NCBI GenBank assembly: GCA_965205505.1
Contig: CBDBHB010000002.1
Coordinates: 1-27,729 of the forward strand
DNA from: Acidobacteriota bacterium
Lineage (GTDB): Bacteria; Acidobacteriota; UBA890; WLXD01
Length of the DNA stretch: 27,729 nucleotides
Direction: 5' to 3'
A program made the translations under genes and the position numbers. This document shows positions 25,622-27,729 of the stretch, piece after piece. Each line of letters opens with the position of its first letter. The first letter of the stretch is position 1. The notes under the pieces are model-generated. The model made no database searches. It worked only from the letters and a program-made list of their open reading frames with translations, and was not told the origin of the DNA.

Positions 25622-27727
25622 CTACAGCCGGAAGAGCTGGGTGAACTTGAGGATGATCGAGCGGTCGATCAGCGTCGGGTCCTCGGTGAGTCGGCGCTCG
25701 TTGTACACGAGGAACAGGTCGGCACCCGGCGTGTGGATGAAGTTCAGCCGTACGTTGCTGAGGAACTGATCGGTGATGTTGTCGTACTGCAACAGCCCGG
25801 AGAGAAAGAGCCGCGTGTTGAAGTCATAGGCGATTCGGGCGCGCCAGATATCGGCGACGAAGTCACCGGCGGGCAATTCAATGTCGTTGCGGTCGAGCTG
25901 CAGAGACGCAGCGAACCTGGCGCCCGCGCGCCATCCAGCCTGGAATCTCCAGACCTTTTGCTTGCCGTCCCAGAAATCGCCGATATCGAGGTGCACGAGG
26001 CCCCAGACAGGACGGCTCTGATCCGACTGCGCCTCCAGCTTGAAGGCGTCGAAGTGGTATTCGCCCGGCGGGATGATCACACCCGGCACGATCTCGAACG
26101 GCAGGTCGAGTTGTTCGTAGATCCGATTACGCTCGATGCTGAGCTTGTCGCCGCGCCGCAGAAACAGATCGAAGTCGTAGTGCTCACGGCGCGTCAACAA
26201 CCGATTGTTGCGGTCGGTGACGTACGACAGCGAAACGTGAGGCGCCAGGTTGCGAACCCACCGGGACTCCGGAAAGAACGGTGTCCACATCATGTTGCTG
26301 TCGTAGGCGCGTAGCCCGACCCGGTTGACGAACCCCAACCCGGGGTTGAACGCCTCGCCCACGTCCATCGCCGACCCGGTCGCTGAGAATGTCGAGTTGG
26401 CCCACGCGAACTTGACGGCGCCGGCCGAATCGGAACCCTCTTCGGTCCCCGGGTTGTCCGTCTTCATCCACCATCCGTCGAGGGTGGCGCCGCCATGGGC
26501 CCAGCGTCCATCGAAACCCAGCGATCGGTTGTATTCCGAACCGCTCTCCTGTCGGTTGGTGAATAGCATGCCGATATTCGAGCGGCTACCAAGCTCGCGG
26601 CGGACGCGCAGCACACCGTGGTTTTGCGAGCCCAAGCCGAGGCTGCCGACCGAGTCGGTCTGCATATTCAGCGCGCCGATGTTCCACCCGCCCGCTTTTC
26701 CGGTCAGCCGCACGCCGGCGAGGATCGGTACTTCGCCCCCATCGAAGATGCCTATCTGGCGCGAATGGAAGCCGATGACTCGGGGACCCATTCGACCGCT
26801 ACTGCTTCCGAACTGAAACAGGCCGGCGTTCTCGAGAAAGAACTCACGCTTCTCGGGGAAGAACAGCGGGAAGCGGGTCAGGTTGACCTGCACATCGTCG
26901 GCTTCGACCTGCGCGAAGTCGGTGTTGATGGTGCCATCGAAGGTCAGGTTGGGCGTCATGATCCACTTGATGTCGCCGCCGAGATCAGCCGACGACCGCG
27001 TGGCGTGACTTGAATACGGGGAGGCCTCCGGACCCACTGGAATCTGTCCGATATCACCCAGCGCGAAGGGCTTGATCTGTAGGTTCCTCGGCCGCGCTAC
27101 CGACTGCATCCCGACCAGCATGCCGGACAGCGACAAGCGCGTGGCGTTGAACTGTCGTGGGATGGGCGCCCAGAAGTCCTGCTCCGCATTTCGCTTCAGC
27201 GTGCGTCGGAAGTTGATGCCCCAGGCATCCATGCTGGTTCGGTCAAAGCGCAACACCCAGAAGGGGATAGCGATCTCGACCGACCAGCCATCGGCATGGA
27301 CGTGACCAGCCGAACGCCAAACCGCGTCCCAGTCGGCGTTGAAAGTAGCGCCGAAGCCCTGCCGCGACGTTCCTCCCTCGCCGATGATCTGGGCGTCGAA
27401 TCGAGCGCCCAGGGCGTTGGTCTCGAAGAAGTAACCGTTGCGATGATCGTGGTACGTGTCGAGCGTCACCGCGAACGCATCGTTGTTGTTGTGGGACTCG
27501 TCGCGCCGCAGCACCGTTGCTACCGCTGCGTCCGGATTCGAATCCCACATGCGAGCGCTGATGTAGATGGCCTCGGTGTCGTACAGAAGGCGTACCTCGG
27601 TGCGCTCGGTCGCCTCGGCCCCTTCGTCGGGCTGTGATTGCAGAAACATCGTGAGCGGCACCGCATCGGCCCAGACCGCATCGTCGAGGAGGCCGTCGAG
27701 CTCCGGCGGCGTCGAGGTCCGCACCGC
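25622..27727 (-). CDS. CBM9-like + DUF5916 outer-membrane protein, 5'-truncated by the window edge
   Basis: PELDGLLDDAVW, ATERTEVRLLYD, GWSVEIAIPF, WGINFRR and TINTDFAQVEADDVQVNLTRFPLFFPEKREFFLE; beta-barrel-like C-terminus KFTQLFRL. Confidence 0.88.
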   Translation of the reverse strand, partial: AVRTSTPPELDGLLDDAVWADAVPLTMFLQSQPDEGAEATERTEVRLLYDTEAIYISARMWDSNPDAAVATVLRRDESHNNNDAFAVTLDTYHDHRNGYFFETNALGARFDAQIIGEGGTSRQGFGATFNADWDAVWRSAGHVHADGWSVEIAIPFWVLRFDRTSMDAWGINFRRTLKRNAEQDFWAPIPRQFNATRLSLSGMLVGMQSVARPRNLQIKPFALGDIGQIPVGPEASPYSSHATRSSADLGGDIKWIMTPNLTFDGTINTDFAQVEADDVQVNLTRFPLFFPEKREFFLENAGLFQFGSSSGRMGPRVIGFHSRQIGIFDGGEVPILAGVRLTGKAGGWNIGALNMQTDSVGSLGLGSQNHGVLRVRRELGSRSNIGMLFTNRQESGSEYNRSLGFDGRWAHGGATLDGWWMKTDNPGTEEGSDSAGAVKFAWANSTFSATGSAMDVGEAFNPGLGFVNRVGLRAYDSNMMWTPFFPESRWVRNLAPHVSLSYVTDRNNRLLTRREHYDFDLFLRRGDKLSIERNRIYEQLDLPFEIVPGVIIPPGEYHFDAFKLEAQSDQSRPVWGLVHLDIGDFWDGKQKVWRFQAGWRAGARFAASLQLDRNDIELPAGDFVADIWRARIAYDFNTRLFLSGLLQYDNITDQFLSNVRLNFIHTPGADLFLVYNERRLTEDPTLIDRSIILKFTQLFRL

Positions 27728-27729
27728 TA

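Overview
GC-rich bacterial window. The duplicated ABC 'orphan' permeases, DUF5916/CBM9 and DUF3179 genes suggest an Acidobacteriota/Gemmatimonadota-like host (inference). From left to right: (i) a 5'-truncated spermidine-dehydrogenase-like flavoprotein and a DUF3179 protein. (ii) A minus-strand amine/C1-nitrogen region: FAD oxidoreductase, Amt transporter, small membrane protein, GlnT/GmaS-type ligase and a two-subunit aconitase X. It is interrupted by a frameshifted module (clan GH-A hydrolase, LytS-type kinase, LytTR regulator) preceded by AlgR-like boxes. (iii) A decayed mobile region at about 13.2-18.3 kb: an IS1595 fragment, a satellite-like AlpA/primase cassette with a candidate iteron origin, a 95-bp IS21-type mini element, and an att-like junction that truncates an ABC permease. 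(iv) Permease fragments, a CarH-like MerR regulator lacking its cobalamin ligands next to an 11-bp-periodic operator, an ECF-promoter-driven pair of exported proteins, a lipoprotein and a truncated CBM9/DUF5916 gene. The most unusual signal is a dispersed family of ~279-bp YTAG-bounded cruciform elements whose architecture is conserved while their stem sequences differ; their ends repeatedly coincide with TAG stop codons. No rRNA, complete tRNA or CRISPR array was seen. All family assignments come from reading motifs by eye, not from database searches.
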